From Clostridia bacterium (lineage in GTDB: Bacteria; Bacillota; Clostridia; Oscillospirales; CAG-272): a stretch of DNA of 45,430 nucleotides. A program made the position numbers and the translations under genes. Of the stretch, positions 15,325 to 26,000 are shown in pieces (position 1 is the first letter of the stretch; each line of letters starts with the position of its first letter). The notes under the pieces were generated by a model. That model saw only the letters and a list, made by a program, of their open reading frames with translations. It ran no database searches and was not told the DNA's origin. The DNA lies in contig JAFZRM010000030.1 in NCBI GenBank assembly GCA_017619885.1, forward strand, positions 1-45,430, written 5' to 3'.

Positions 15325-16629
15325 TTAAAGTGATACAAGAACAACACGGCAATTTGATTTTATCTTTTCTATATCCGCTGCGGTGAGATAGCTTTTTTCA
15401 AACAGAGCTTTTGCAATACCACATAACAGATCGTTGTTTTTCGCAAGTATTTCTTTTGTCTTGCGGTAAAGGCGTTCAATTTCAACCGCAGCCGCCGGAT
15501 CAACTCTTGCTTCGGTTTCATCCGGATTTTCAAATCTATCGAGGTGAAGATTAAAGCCGCCGGAGCAACATCCACCGATCAGCATCGTTACCGTACGGAA
15601 GGCTTGTTCAAGGTCACGTGAAACACCTATATCTGTTATACCGAATTTCTGCTCAAGCGCAGCTTTACCGGCAAGTGAAATACAAACGTCAGCCATTCTG
15701 TATTCTATAATGCCGTTATTTCCGTTATTATACTGAGAAGTGAAGCCTCCGGAGCTTTTATTGCCGCTGTATGCGGAAACAAGGGTAACGCTGCCCGGAT
15801 CAAGCACTTCGGCAACTGCAGCGTGTCCCGCTTCGTGCCATATAACACGTGTGACTTGCTCGTTTGCATCATATATGTCAACGTCTAAATGACCTCTGTT
15901 CAACACGTCGTTCGGTATGTCGTGAACAGTGTGCAGACAAGCTTTTATTACGTGATCCATCGTTATGACGTCCGCACGCTCGTAGCCCGCTAACAAGCCC
16001 GCCTCGTTTATTGCAGTTTCAAGTTCCGCACACGAGCAGCCGTCCAGCAGACGCGCAACGACTGCCGCATCTATCTCGCCGACGCACTTTTTTTGTTTTA
16101 TATAATGGGCCATTATATTTACAGCATCGTCGCCGCGGGGATTGCACACCTCGATCACGCGGTCAAATCTGCCTGCACGGAGCAGCGATGAAGGAAGAAC
16201 GTCAATATCGTTTGCGGTCGCTAAAACGAAAACGTCTTTGCCCTTTATGTTATCGATGCACGACTGCACCGTGACGTATTCCTCCTGATCACGACGGCGT
16301 GAATCTCCGTTTGCGAACTTGTCCATATCGTCAAGAAAAATTATTGACGGCGCGGTTTCTTTCGCTTCTTTGAAAGCGGCTTTTAACGCTTTTACAAAAT
16401 CGCCGTTCGGCTTGTCCTTGCGGCAGATTATCGCTTTGCGTCCGCTTGCTTCCATCAGAGCGCTCGCCATAAGAGTTTTTCCGACTCCGGGATCGCCGTG
16501 AAGCATCAAACCGCGCGGAGCTGTGACTCCGAGCTTTTTATACGACTCATTGTTTTTCAGCACGTCGCCTATCTGCATAAGCTCTTTTTTGATTGCATCG
16601 TAACCTATGACCTTGTCAAATTCTTTCAT
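15325..16629 (-). CDS. FtsH-like AAA+ ATPase fused to M41 zinc-protease domain, without transmembrane segments (434 aa)
   Basis: Walker A GDPGVGKT. Walker B IIFLDDMD. SRH ATANDIDVLPSSLLRAGRFDR. HEAGHA zinc motif. LAGKAALEQKFG...SRDLEQA. No N-terminal hydrophobic segments. AAGGAG SD. Confidence 0.85.
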   Translation of the reverse strand: MKEFDKVIGYDAIKKELMQIGDVLKNNESYKKLGVTAPRGLMLHGDPGVGKTLMASALMEASGRKAIICRKDKPNGDFVKALKAAFKEAKETAPSIIFLDDMDKFANGDSRRRDQEEYVTVQSCIDNIKGKDVFVLATANDIDVLPSSLLRAGRFDRVIEVCNPRGDDAVNIMAHYIKQKKCVGEIDAAVVARLLDGCSCAELETAINEAGLLAGYERADVITMDHVIKACLHTVHDIPNDVLNRGHLDVDIYDANEQVTRVIWHEAGHAAVAEVLDPGSVTLVSAYSGNKSSGGFTSQYNNGNNGIIEYRMADVCISLAGKAALEQKFGITDIGVSRDLEQAFRTVTMLIGGCCSGGFNLHLDRFENPDETEARVDPAAAVEIERLYRKTKEILAKNNDLLCGIAKALFEKSYLTAADIEKIKSNCRVVLVSL

Positions 16630-16940
16630 CTTTTTTTCTCCTTGCTTTGTTTTTCGCTGGCTAAATTATCGTAAATTTTTCTGTTTTTGGTCGGAAATCG
16701 GCACTGTTAACATAATATTAACATTTATTTCAGCTCGCTTATATTTTTATTTTATTATTTTCTGTAGCTTGATCGGCAAATATCATCGATCATATACCGA
16801 ATCTGCCTGTATAAAAACACCGCGGATCCGGCAAAGAACGCAGGGCTTACGGTGTTTTGTTATCTACTGTGACCGTTGATCAGGTTGCTTTTTTGACGTA
16901 CTGAAAGTCGAAAAATACTTCATTTATTTGTTCACACCCA

Positions 16941-16969
16941 TTGACAATTATTATACGGTTATGTATAAT
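16941..16969 (+). promoter_or_regulatory. consensus sigma-70 promoter
   Basis: TTGACA-17 nt-TATAAT, about 30 nt upstream of the GTG at 17001. Confidence 0.6.
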
Positions 16970-17000
16970 GTATATAATATCACGCGAGGCGTGAGGATTT

Positions 17001-18185
17001 GTGTCGATCGGAGATGATAAAACTCAAATGGAAGAAGTTACAATAGAAAAAAAGAAGCCGTTGACTCGGTTCGGCGAGATCGAGCTGCTGAAGGCGATCG
17101 CGATACTCGGACTGCCCGCCGTCCATCTGATGGAGGAAGCGCTTGAAGGCGGCTTTGCCAGCGAAAAGCTGACGAGCATCGGCATGGCGATAATACTTTT
17201 ATGCGCGTTCGGTCCCTCGGTATTCATGATCTGCATGGGCTTCGGCATCGGCGGCGGCAAGACGTCGCCGAAGAGCATCCGCAAGAACGGCATCCAGTTC
17301 CTTTTGATCGGGGCTATACTGAACGTTCTGCGCTGGCTGATCCCGGGCATTATCCAGATGATCGTTCTGAAGACGCCTCTGATCGAGGACGTCAAATTCT
17401 GCCTGCAGTCGGACATCTACTATTTCGTCGGCTTGTATTTCATCCTCTACTCTTTCCTCATCCAGTGGAAGATGAAGGCGCCGGGCATCGTCATGCTCAG
17501 CGTAATAATGCTTACGGCGAACACTCTGCTGACGCCGCTCACGCAGAAATACGTGACGAACGACATCGCCGCTTCACTTCTCGGCAACGTCGTCTACGTC
17601 AACGAAACGAGCTGCTTCCCGCTGCTGTCGTGGGCCATTTTCCCGAGCGTCGGCGTGCTTCTCGGCGAGATACTCAAGAAATCCGACGAGGAAAAGCGTG
17701 AGAACATCATGCGCCGTCTGCTCGACTTCTCGGCGGTGCTGTTCGGTTCGTTCTGCGTATTCCTTTATTTCTACAAGATTGACATTATAAAAGTCCTCGT
17801 CTCTCCGGCAAACGAATACATAACCGACCTGCCGAACGTCATACTGCTCCTCAGTCTGGCGATGTCGCTGCTCTCCCTCAACTACTATCTGTGCAAAAAG
17901 ATCGGCGCGTCGAAGTTCATGGAGTTCATGCTCCGCATATCGACGTTCATCATCCCGTTCTATCTGCTGCAGTGGGTCATCATTTCCTGGATATTCTACA
18001 CGATGAACATTCTGAAAGCGCCCGCGGGCTGCTTCAACGTCTGGATCTACGTCGGCTGCGTCATAGCCGTCACGGCGATCTGCATATTCGTGACGATCAA
18101 ATTCGGTATGAAGATAATGAAAGTTCTGCTCAAGATCACAACTTTCAAAAAGCGTAAACCTAAAAAGAAAAAGGAGACACAATAA
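17001..18185 (+). CDS. polytopic membrane protein, acyltransferase-3/DUF1624-like
   Basis: About 10 hydrophobic segments. The N-terminal RFGEIELLKAIAILGLPAVH resembles the R..D..RG.A....H opening of membrane acyltransferases. The start (GTG 17001 or ATG 17028) is uncertain. The stop overlaps the next ATG (TAATG). Confidence 0.6.
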   Translation: MSIGDDKTQMEEVTIEKKKPLTRFGEIELLKAIAILGLPAVHLMEEALEGGFASEKLTSIGMAIILLCAFGPSVFMICMGFGIGGGKTSPKSIRKNGIQFLLIGAILNVLRWLIPGIIQMIVLKTPLIEDVKFCLQSDIYYFVGLYFILYSFLIQWKMKAPGIVMLSVIMLTANTLLTPLTQKYVTNDIAASLLGNVVYVNETSCFPLLSWAIFPSVGVLLGEILKKSDEEKRENIMRRLLDFSAVLFGSFCVFLYFYKIDIIKVLVSPANEYITDLPNVILLLSLAMSLLSLNYYLCKKIGASKFMEFMLRISTFIIPFYLLQWVIISWIFYTMNILKAPAGCFNVWIYVGCVIAVTAICIFVTIKFGMKIMKVLLKITTFKKRKPKKKKETQ

Positions 18186-19792
18186 TGGCAAAACGTAAAA
18201 ACGGAGCGTACCCGTTATACGACCGCATGCCCCCTATAGCCAGTATTTCCGAAATGCTCGAGCTCAAAGCGAAGACGGTCCCGGACAGCATCGCTTTCCG
18301 GTTCAGAAAAGGACGCGACCAGATAGAGGAAAAGACGTATTCCGACGTTTACCGTGAAGTGAGAAAAGCCGCGTCGTGGATCGAGCGCAATATCGGCAAA
18401 AATCAGCATATAGCCGTGATAGGCGAAAACTCTTACGAATGGCTGATCGCGTTTTTCGCCGTGCTCGGCTCAGGCAACGTTGCCGCCGCGATCGACAAGG
18501 AGCTTCCCGCGAATGAAGTCGCGTGGATGGTCGGCAAAGCGGACGTCACCGCGGTATTCATCTCGAAAACGTACAGCGACCTGGTCGAGGGTATCGACGG
18601 CCTTAAGGTCAACACGCTCAAAGGACTTTTGTCCGCCTCCGAGGAGGAGAGCGATGAATACGCGCTTTATCAGCCCGGCCGCGACGAGCCCGCCAGCATA
18701 TTCTTCACGTCCGGCACCTCCGGCCGCAGCAAGGCGGTAATGCTCAGCCACGGCAATTTGGCGTCCGAGATCACCGACGTCAGCAAGCTGTTCGACCCGG
18801 AAGACGCTAAATCCGTTCTCGCGGTGCTCCCATTCCATCACACGTTCGGTCTCAACGTCGCAATACTCATGGCGTATTATTACGGCGTCGCCATTTTCCT
18901 CAACAAGAGCCTGAAGACAGTTCAGGACGACCTGCTTCTCGCGAAGCCGGACGTCATCATGCTCGTGCCGATGTTCATCGAGGTGCTTTACAAGAAGATA
19001 TACGAAGGCATAAAGAAGAACGGCAAGGAAAAGAAAGTCGAAAAGGGCGTGAAGCTCAGCAATTTTCTGCTCAAGCTCGGCATCGACGCGCGCCGTAAGC
19101 TGTTCAGAGAGATCATCGACGTATTCGGCGGCAATCTGAAATATATCATATCGGGCGGCGCATTCCTCGATCAGATGTACGTCAAGTCGTACCGCGAATT
19201 CGGCATAGAGATACTTAACGGTTACGGCACGACGGAATGTTCGCCCTGCGTCGCGGTCAACCGCAACTATCACAAATACGACGGCAGCGTCGGCATGATC
19301 GTGCCCGGCACCGACGTCAGGATATCGCCGGACGGCGAGGTCCAGGTCAAAGGTCCGGTCACCATGATGGGTTACTACAACGACCCCGAAGCCACGAACG
19401 AAGTCCTTCAGGACGGCTGGTACAGCACGGGCGATCTGGGATACGTAAACGACGAAGGATTCATATTCTTAACCGGAAGAAAGAAAAACCTGATAATATT
19501 AAGCAACGGCGAAAACATCTCGCCCGAGGAGCTTGAGCAGGATTTCCGCAAGGATCCCGGCGTAAACGAGGTCCTCGTATACGACAGAAAGAACATGATC
19601 GTGGCCGAGATACTCCCCGAGGCGGACTACATGGGCAAAACGGAATACTTCGACGCACTGATGGAAAAGGTCAACGAAGGCCGTCCCGCTTACAAGCGCG
19701 TCGCGAAAGTCGTTCTGCGCACGGAAGACTTCATACGCAACACTTCGAAAAAAATAGTCAGATATAAAAACATACCCAAAGAGGAGGATTAA
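18185..19792 (+). CDS. AMP-dependent synthetase/ligase (long-chain fatty-acid-CoA/ACP ligase type)
   Basis: FFTSGTSGRSKAVMLSHGNL, GYGTTE and WYSTGDLGYVNDEGFIFLTGRKKNLIILSNGENISPEELE are adenylate-forming enzyme core motifs. AAGGAG SD. Confidence 0.88.
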   Translation: MAKRKNGAYPLYDRMPPIASISEMLELKAKTVPDSIAFRFRKGRDQIEEKTYSDVYREVRKAASWIERNIGKNQHIAVIGENSYEWLIAFFAVLGSGNVAAAIDKELPANEVAWMVGKADVTAVFISKTYSDLVEGIDGLKVNTLKGLLSASEEESDEYALYQPGRDEPASIFFTSGTSGRSKAVMLSHGNLASEITDVSKLFDPEDAKSVLAVLPFHHTFGLNVAILMAYYYGVAIFLNKSLKTVQDDLLLAKPDVIMLVPMFIEVLYKKIYEGIKKNGKEKKVEKGVKLSNFLLKLGIDARRKLFREIIDVFGGNLKYIISGGAFLDQMYVKSYREFGIEILNGYGTTECSPCVAVNRNYHKYDGSVGMIVPGTDVRISPDGEVQVKGPVTMMGYYNDPEATNEVLQDGWYSTGDLGYVNDEGFIFLTGRKKNLIILSNGENISPEELEQDFRKDPGVNEVLVYDRKNMIVAEILPEADYMGKTEYFDALMEKVNEGRPAYKRVAKVVLRTEDFIRNTSKKIVRYKNIPKEED

Positions 19793-19795
19793 AAA

Positions 19796-20023
19796 ATGTT
19801 TGAAAGAACCGTAGCGATACTCGCCGATCATTTTGACGGCGACGCATCGGAGATCACAAGAGAAAGCGCGCTCGTCGACGATCTCGGCCTCAGCTCGCTT
19901 GAAGTCATCACGATCGTGTCGGAATTCGAATCCGAATTCGATATCGAGGTGCCGGACCGCGTCATCCCGACGCTTCGCACCGTCGGCGACATCGTTGATT
20001 ATCTCGAAAAGAACGCCGAATGA
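19796..20023 (+). CDS. acyl carrier protein (75 aa)
   Basis: LVDDLGLSSLEVITIVSEFESEFDIEVP is a DSL-type phosphopantetheine attachment motif. GAGGAGG SD. The gene starts 4 nt after the ligase stop. Confidence 0.85.
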   Translation: MFERTVAILADHFDGDASEITRESALVDDLGLSSLEVITIVSEFESEFDIEVPDRVIPTLRTVGDIVDYLEKNAE

Positions 20024-20038
20024 TCTGAAACGAACAGA

Positions 20039-20085
20039 CTCCCGGGTCCTGATCTTATCCAGGGTCCGGGAGCCGTTTTTATTTT
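20039..20085 (+). terminator. rho-independent terminator after ACP (also lies after the convergent giant gene)
   Basis: 13-bp stem 20039-20051/20060-20072 with two G-U pairs on the plus-strand RNA, followed by CGTTTTTATTTTTG. Confidence 0.7.
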
Positions 20086-20088
20086 TGT

Positions 20089-23000
20089 TTATTCTTCGTT
20101 TTTCTTTCTGCGCTTTTTGTTTAACAGCGCAAATCCGAGTCCGGCGAACATCACATCATACTTCTCAAGTCTGCTGCGGCGCGATCCGGCGTCGCCTTTG
20201 TCCCCGTCCGGGGTCCCGGGCGTACCGGAATGTTCTCCGCTCCGCTCCATGCTGTTGTCTGCCGCCGCCTCGTCGCGCAGCCAGTTCTTGTCGTTTCGGC
20301 TGTTTGCGAACGCCGCCTCGGCAGCCTCGCCCGCGGTCACGGTCACGCCGACGTTGTCCGCGCCGCTTCGCTCGTATTTCCAGCTCCAGCCGGTCTGTGT
20401 GACGCGATACGTACCGGGCTCGACTCCGACGATCTTTACGGAGCCGCTGCCGTGTATCACGACGGTGAGTTTTTGGAACCCGGTATCGCCGCCGGTCCGC
20501 TCGATCTCGTACACGAAGGCGTCATCCGTGTCGTCACCCGTCACGGTGTTGACTATCACGAGCTCGCCCGTCATGCCACTGCGCGTGTTTTTGACGTTAT
20601 ATCCGCTGATCTGTGCGGTATAGCCCTGCACGAGATCCTCCGTTATCGTGTACGTTATCAGACGCTCTCCGCTGTATTTCGGCATCCCGCTGAAGGTCCA
20701 CCCCCAGCTTCCGTTAGCGCTGACGGTCTTCGACGCGACCTCGACGCCGTCCGCCAGAAGGCGTATCGTGATGCTCGAAGGACGCATTCCGTCCGCGTCG
20801 TCATCGTCGTCCCAGATCTTATGACCCGTGATATCGACGGTCTGCTGCGGCGTCGGCGTGTGTTTGTTCGTTATATTGTATCCGTCGATCACGGCGGTAT
20901 ATCCGGGGACTTCGTCCTCGCGTATCGTGTATTCGATCTTGTTCCCGTCTTCGCCTATCGGAAGCTCCGAGAACGTCCATTTCCAGCCTTCGTTTTCCGT
21001 CACGGTCACAGAAGCCGTTTCCTCTCCGTCGGCGAACAGGTGGACGGTTATGCTCGAGGGGCGTATGCCGTCGGCGTTGTCGCCGTCGTCCCAGGATTTG
21101 TGGCCGGAAACGGTCTTCATCCCGGTATACGTGTTCGTTATATCGTATCCGTCGTAGCTTGCCTCGTAGCCGTCCGGGATCTCCTCTTCGATCTCGATAT
21201 CCTTGTACGCTACGCTGCTGTTCTCGCCGTCCTCAGTCACGACCGCGACATCGTTCAACGGTATATCGAGCGACCACGACCAGTCGTTTTCCGCCGTCAC
21301 CGTGACGGGCGAACCCGTTATCTCGGTCCTGCTCCCGTCGTCGCCTTTCGCGTAGACGTGGATCTTTATCTCGGATGGGCGGTCGTCTTCCGTGTCGCCC
21401 TCCCAGGTCTTCTTTCCGCTGATCGACGTCGGGGCGTCATCGGAATGGAACTTGATGTTTATCACGTTGCAGGTCAGCTCGTAGTCATGAAGCAGGCTCA
21501 GCGCGTAGCCCTTGATGCTCCAGCACTCGTTTATCGGGTCGTACATGACCGGGCAGTGGATCTTCGGTATGCCGAGCGCCTTGATGAGCGCGTCGATCAC
21601 CATTTCCATCAAGCCCGTGACGAGTTCTGTGCCGGCGAAATCCATCGGCACGCCGAACGCGCCGTATTTCTTGACGCCCATCCATGCCCACCAGTCGGTA
21701 AGCGGGTTGCTGCCCTCGTCGTCGACCTCCGCTATCGCGATGCCGGTGTTGGTGTATTTTTGTATCACCGTTTTGATGACGGCTGATGCTACGGTGCTGA
21801 GGATCAGCTCGTCGCCGAGAAGTGCTTTGAGACCGTCCTTTATCGCGTCATTCAGTACGCCGTCCTCTCCTCCGGGAATGGAGAGCAGGTTGATCTGATC
21901 TCCGTATACGACGGTAGCGACGGGAGTGTAAATGTTATACTCGCTGAGTCCGAGCCGTTCGGCGTAATCCTCCTGGACCTTGCTGACGAGCATAAGCCAT
22001 ACGGAATCGGGCATATCGTCCTCTTCAAAGTTGATCCAGCGCTTGAAGATACTTACGTCGAACACCGCGGTGTTCGTTATGGACGTCTTGTGTGTGCCGC
22101 TGTCGTGGCTGTACTTGACGTCGTACTGCGTTTCATGCTCTTCAATCCTCTTGCCTATCCCGTCCGTGTATTCGTCGATTTCGGCGACGAACTGGGAACG
22201 CGGTATGAAGACCGTCTTTGCCTGAAGATTTACCCAGTCGGTCGTGTCGTCGACCGTCCATGCGTTCTCCGGGTCCGCGAGCTCTATCATGTTTTTGATG
22301 AAAGGCTTGTCGAGGTCGAGCCAGTCGTATATAACGCGCTCTTTCGCGTCCTGCAACTGTTGTTCTTCGTCCTGCGGTTGAGGATTTTCCTCTTCTTCAT
22401 CGTCGTCCGGCTCGAGCAGACGCACGCGGTATTTGTACTGCACGAACGTGCCGGTCGTCTGGTTTACCGTACCGACGGGCACGGGCTCGAATTCGCCTTG
22501 CCAGTTGTTTGCCTGGTTTACTGTCAGTATCTGGAGCACTTCCCAGTCGAATATGTTGACACGGCGCTGCAGCACGACTTCCATTTCGTCGATACGGTCC
22601 TGATCCCACATGTCGATATCCCAGCCGAGCTCTACGGAATAGACCTTGCTGCTCTGATTCGTGATCGTCGTGTGCGTACCGTTTTCTTCTCTTTCGTATG
22701 ACACGAGGTAGCCCGTGTCGGCGCCGTTGACCGTAAGTATCACGGACGGCACGTCGCTCGCGTAGTATTCGTCGTCACTGTCGAGCACGACGATACCGTC
22801 TTTGTCAAGCTCTCTTATGCGGAACAGATCACCTGCGCCGTCGTTCGGTGCGGCGACGTACGTGAACGTGCCGCGCCAGCCGCCTTCGGCATTGAGCGTA
22901 AGCGTCTGCACCGTCCTCCAGCCGCCGTTTTCGCGGTGCTGAAGCACGGCGCTGACGGACTCCGGAAGCGGCTCGTCTTCGCCCGCGGTCTGCCATTCTA

Positions 23001-26000
23001 TGCTTACCGTGAAAGCCTTCGTCCATTTGGCGTAAACCGTCGTATCCTCGGTCACGCGCTGATCAAAGTCAAATTCAAGCGTAAGCCCTTGATCCGCGAA
23101 CCAGCCGACGAACGTGAAGCCGTCGCGCACGGGATCCGGCTCGGGTCTGACGACCGCGCCGCCGACGTCGACGGTGCGGCGCACGCGGCCGGTCTGACCG
23201 TCAAGTGTGCCGCCGTTGAGTTCGTATATTATTACGTTTCCGTGCTCGAGCACGATGTGATTTACCCTTGCGGGTTCGATGTCGGCGGGAAGAACTCTTG
23301 TCGCATACGTGAATTCAGTGACGACGAGTCCTTCTTCGATCGTGATCTGACGGTAGCCGAACGATCTGTTTCCGTTCGCCTCGACGCGTACCGATTCGGC
23401 GCGAATGATCAGGTCGCCCCCGGCGAGTATGCCGTGGCTTCCGCCGTTCACGGTTATCGTGCCGTTTGATACCGTCACGTCGTATTCGGCGTGCAGAGCG
23501 TTGACCGTCGCGGTCTGCGCAGTCTTAAGATCTCCGCCGACCGTCAGCGCGCCGGCTTTTACGTATATCGCGTATCCGAACGCCGGACCTGCGAAAACCG
23601 CGGTGCCGGTGACGGTAAGATCGAAGCCGTCCGCGTATATCAGAGCGCCTTCGTGAACGTTGTCAAACGAAGGACTGCCAAGCGTAAGCGTGAACGTGTC
23701 GGGGTCGTAAACGGCGCTGCCGTCGCCCAGGATATCGTCCTTGTTTTCCGAGTCGACGCGCACACCGCTGACCCACAGGTTATACCTGTTGTCCGCGGTC
23801 CATTTCGCCGTGAATTTTATATCGGTCTCGGGATTGAGCTTTTTCCCGGCGGGATAGACCCGGACCTCGCCGTCGACCGTGCACGACCAGCCCGCGAACA
23901 CCGCTCCGGCAGGCGCCGTGAAGACGCAGGCGGGCAGCGTGAATTCTGATCCTTTTCCTACGACGCGACGGCTCATATAGCCGGTACCGTCGCCGGGATC
24001 GAACGTCATGAAAACGCGCTCGTGACCGCAGCGGTTGCAGTCGTGATCGTCGCTGTCGTCGTATTCGTGCGTCTCCGTGACCTGCGAGGCGCCGCAGTGC
24101 GGGCAGGTGAACGTATGATGAGTATCGGTTATATTAGTGTATACCGCGTTTGTGTGCGGGCATTTGCGTATTTCAACGTAGAGGTGTGTCCTGCACGATT
24201 CGGCGCGCACGTCGTAGTTGACGTATTCCGCGTCGTTGTTGTCCGTGCCGGCCTTGACCGCGTAATTCCCGGGCAGGCTTATGGTCCCGTCGGACGAAGA
24301 CATACTTCCGCCGCCGACCGCTTTTCCGCCAGCGCCCGCGTTGCTTATCACAACGCCTCCTCGCACGATAAGCGTGCCGCCGTTTCCTTTGAAACCGCCG
24401 CCGATCGCGCCGGACGAGACGTCTTCGGGATCCGAGAATATCAGTTTTCCGAGCAGGGCGCCCAGCGCCGCGGCGAAGCCTTCCGCCGCATCACCGGGTA
24501 CGTCGGTGCTGACGTAGTTGACCCAGTCGTATGAGAACGAGCCGGACGTGGATACGACGTAGCCGCCTTCCACGGTGAGCTTGCCTCCGTCGCCGCCTTT
24601 GCCGGTCCCGTCGTCCGTCGCGCCGCCGCCTATGCCGGCGCCGACCGCCTCCGACGCCGCGAACACGTATCCGCCGGTAATGGTGACCGTGCCGCCGTTG
24701 CCCTGTTTATTGCTTCCGGCCTGTCTTCCGCCTCCGCCGCCTATGCCCGCGGCGTAGCAGCTCGTCGCGTAGACCTCGCCGCCTCTTATGATGACTTCTC
24801 CGCCGTCTTTGCCGTACAGACCTCCGCCGCCGATACCGGCGCCGTACTGGCTGTGCGCCTCTACGTAACCTCCGGTTATCTCAACGGTGCCGCCCTGCGC
24901 GGCTCCCGTGCCGCCGCCGATGCCGGCTCCGCCGTAAAGTGTATGATCGTTAGGGGTCGATATGGTGCCGGCGATGACCCTGCCGCCTTCTATGCGGACA
25001 AGCGTGATCCCGCCGAGACTGCCGCCGCCGATCGCCGCGCCGTGGAAGGACGCCAGCGCCTCGACGTCGCCGCCGTAAATGTAGATCGGGCCGGCGTCTG
25101 CCGGGTGTTTGATATCGCCGCCGCCGCTGCCTATGGCCGCGCCTTCAGACGATTTCTCCACTTCCGCACGGACTGTGCCGCCGTAGATATAGATCGGACC
25201 GCTTTTCTGGAATTCGCCGCTTCCGATGCCGGCGCCGCCGCCGTTCATGTCGAGCAGGTCGCTTTTGCCGCCGTGCGCGTGAACGGTGCCGCCGTATATC
25301 GTGATCGACCCGGCCTTGTTGTTCGGGTTCTCCTGACCGCCGCCGATACCCGCGGAGCAGCTTCCGCCGATGGCTTCGACCGTGCCGCCGTATATCGTGA
25401 TGGGGCCGTAGCCGCTGTTTTCTTCCTGACCGCCGCCGATGCCCGCGGCGTCGGTGCCGCCGTTCGCGGTGATCATGCCGCCTTTTATGATTATTTCGCC
25501 CGACGCGTGATTTATGTCGCCGCCAATGCCGGCGTTCCCTCTCGATCCGGTCGTTATCAGCTTGCCGGTGCCGCCGCTCTGCCCGTAAACCGTCAGAGTC
25601 GAGCCCTCCGGGACGAACAGGCCTTTGCCGACCGTCAGCGTGACGCCGTCGCACAGCACGAGCCCGACGTCGCCGCTGACCGACAGTCCGTCGGAGAACG
25701 TCAGATTCTGCCCGACGATCCAAAGTCCGGACGTCAGCGTCGTTGTGCCCGCGCCGACGAAGCGGTATTCGAGAGGACTTTTGACGTCGTCGACGACGCT
25801 CGAGCCGTTCCACCTGCGGTCGACGTACGCGAGATCCGAGACGAGCCCGACCGTCACGCTGTGCGCCGGCATGGTGAAGCTTATGCGCCCGGGAACCGAC
25901 GGGTCGACGGTGAACGGAACGCTGACAGGCTGACCGTTTTCGTAGTATACGACGCTCCATACCCAGCCGTCGAACGTTTCACCGAGATCGGGATCGTTCA

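Noticed and set aside
16607-16879. 90-aa plus-strand ORF in the FtsH-like upstream region
   Set aside because: It is Phe/Ile/Cys-rich translation of AT-rich promoter DNA. It has no SD and overlaps the start of the FtsH-like gene.
2650-16950. Prophage or integrative element call for the island
   Set aside because: I could not recognise any integrase, recombinase, terminase, capsid, tail, relaxase or transposase signature, nor a flanking tRNA or direct repeats. Only compositional evidence remains.
20089-20200. LPXTG sortase-anchoring motif at the C-terminus of the giant protein
   Set aside because: The hydrophobic segment and basic tail are present, but no LPXTG, SPXTG or NPQTN-like pentapeptide precedes them. 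I annotated it only as a C-terminal TM anchor.
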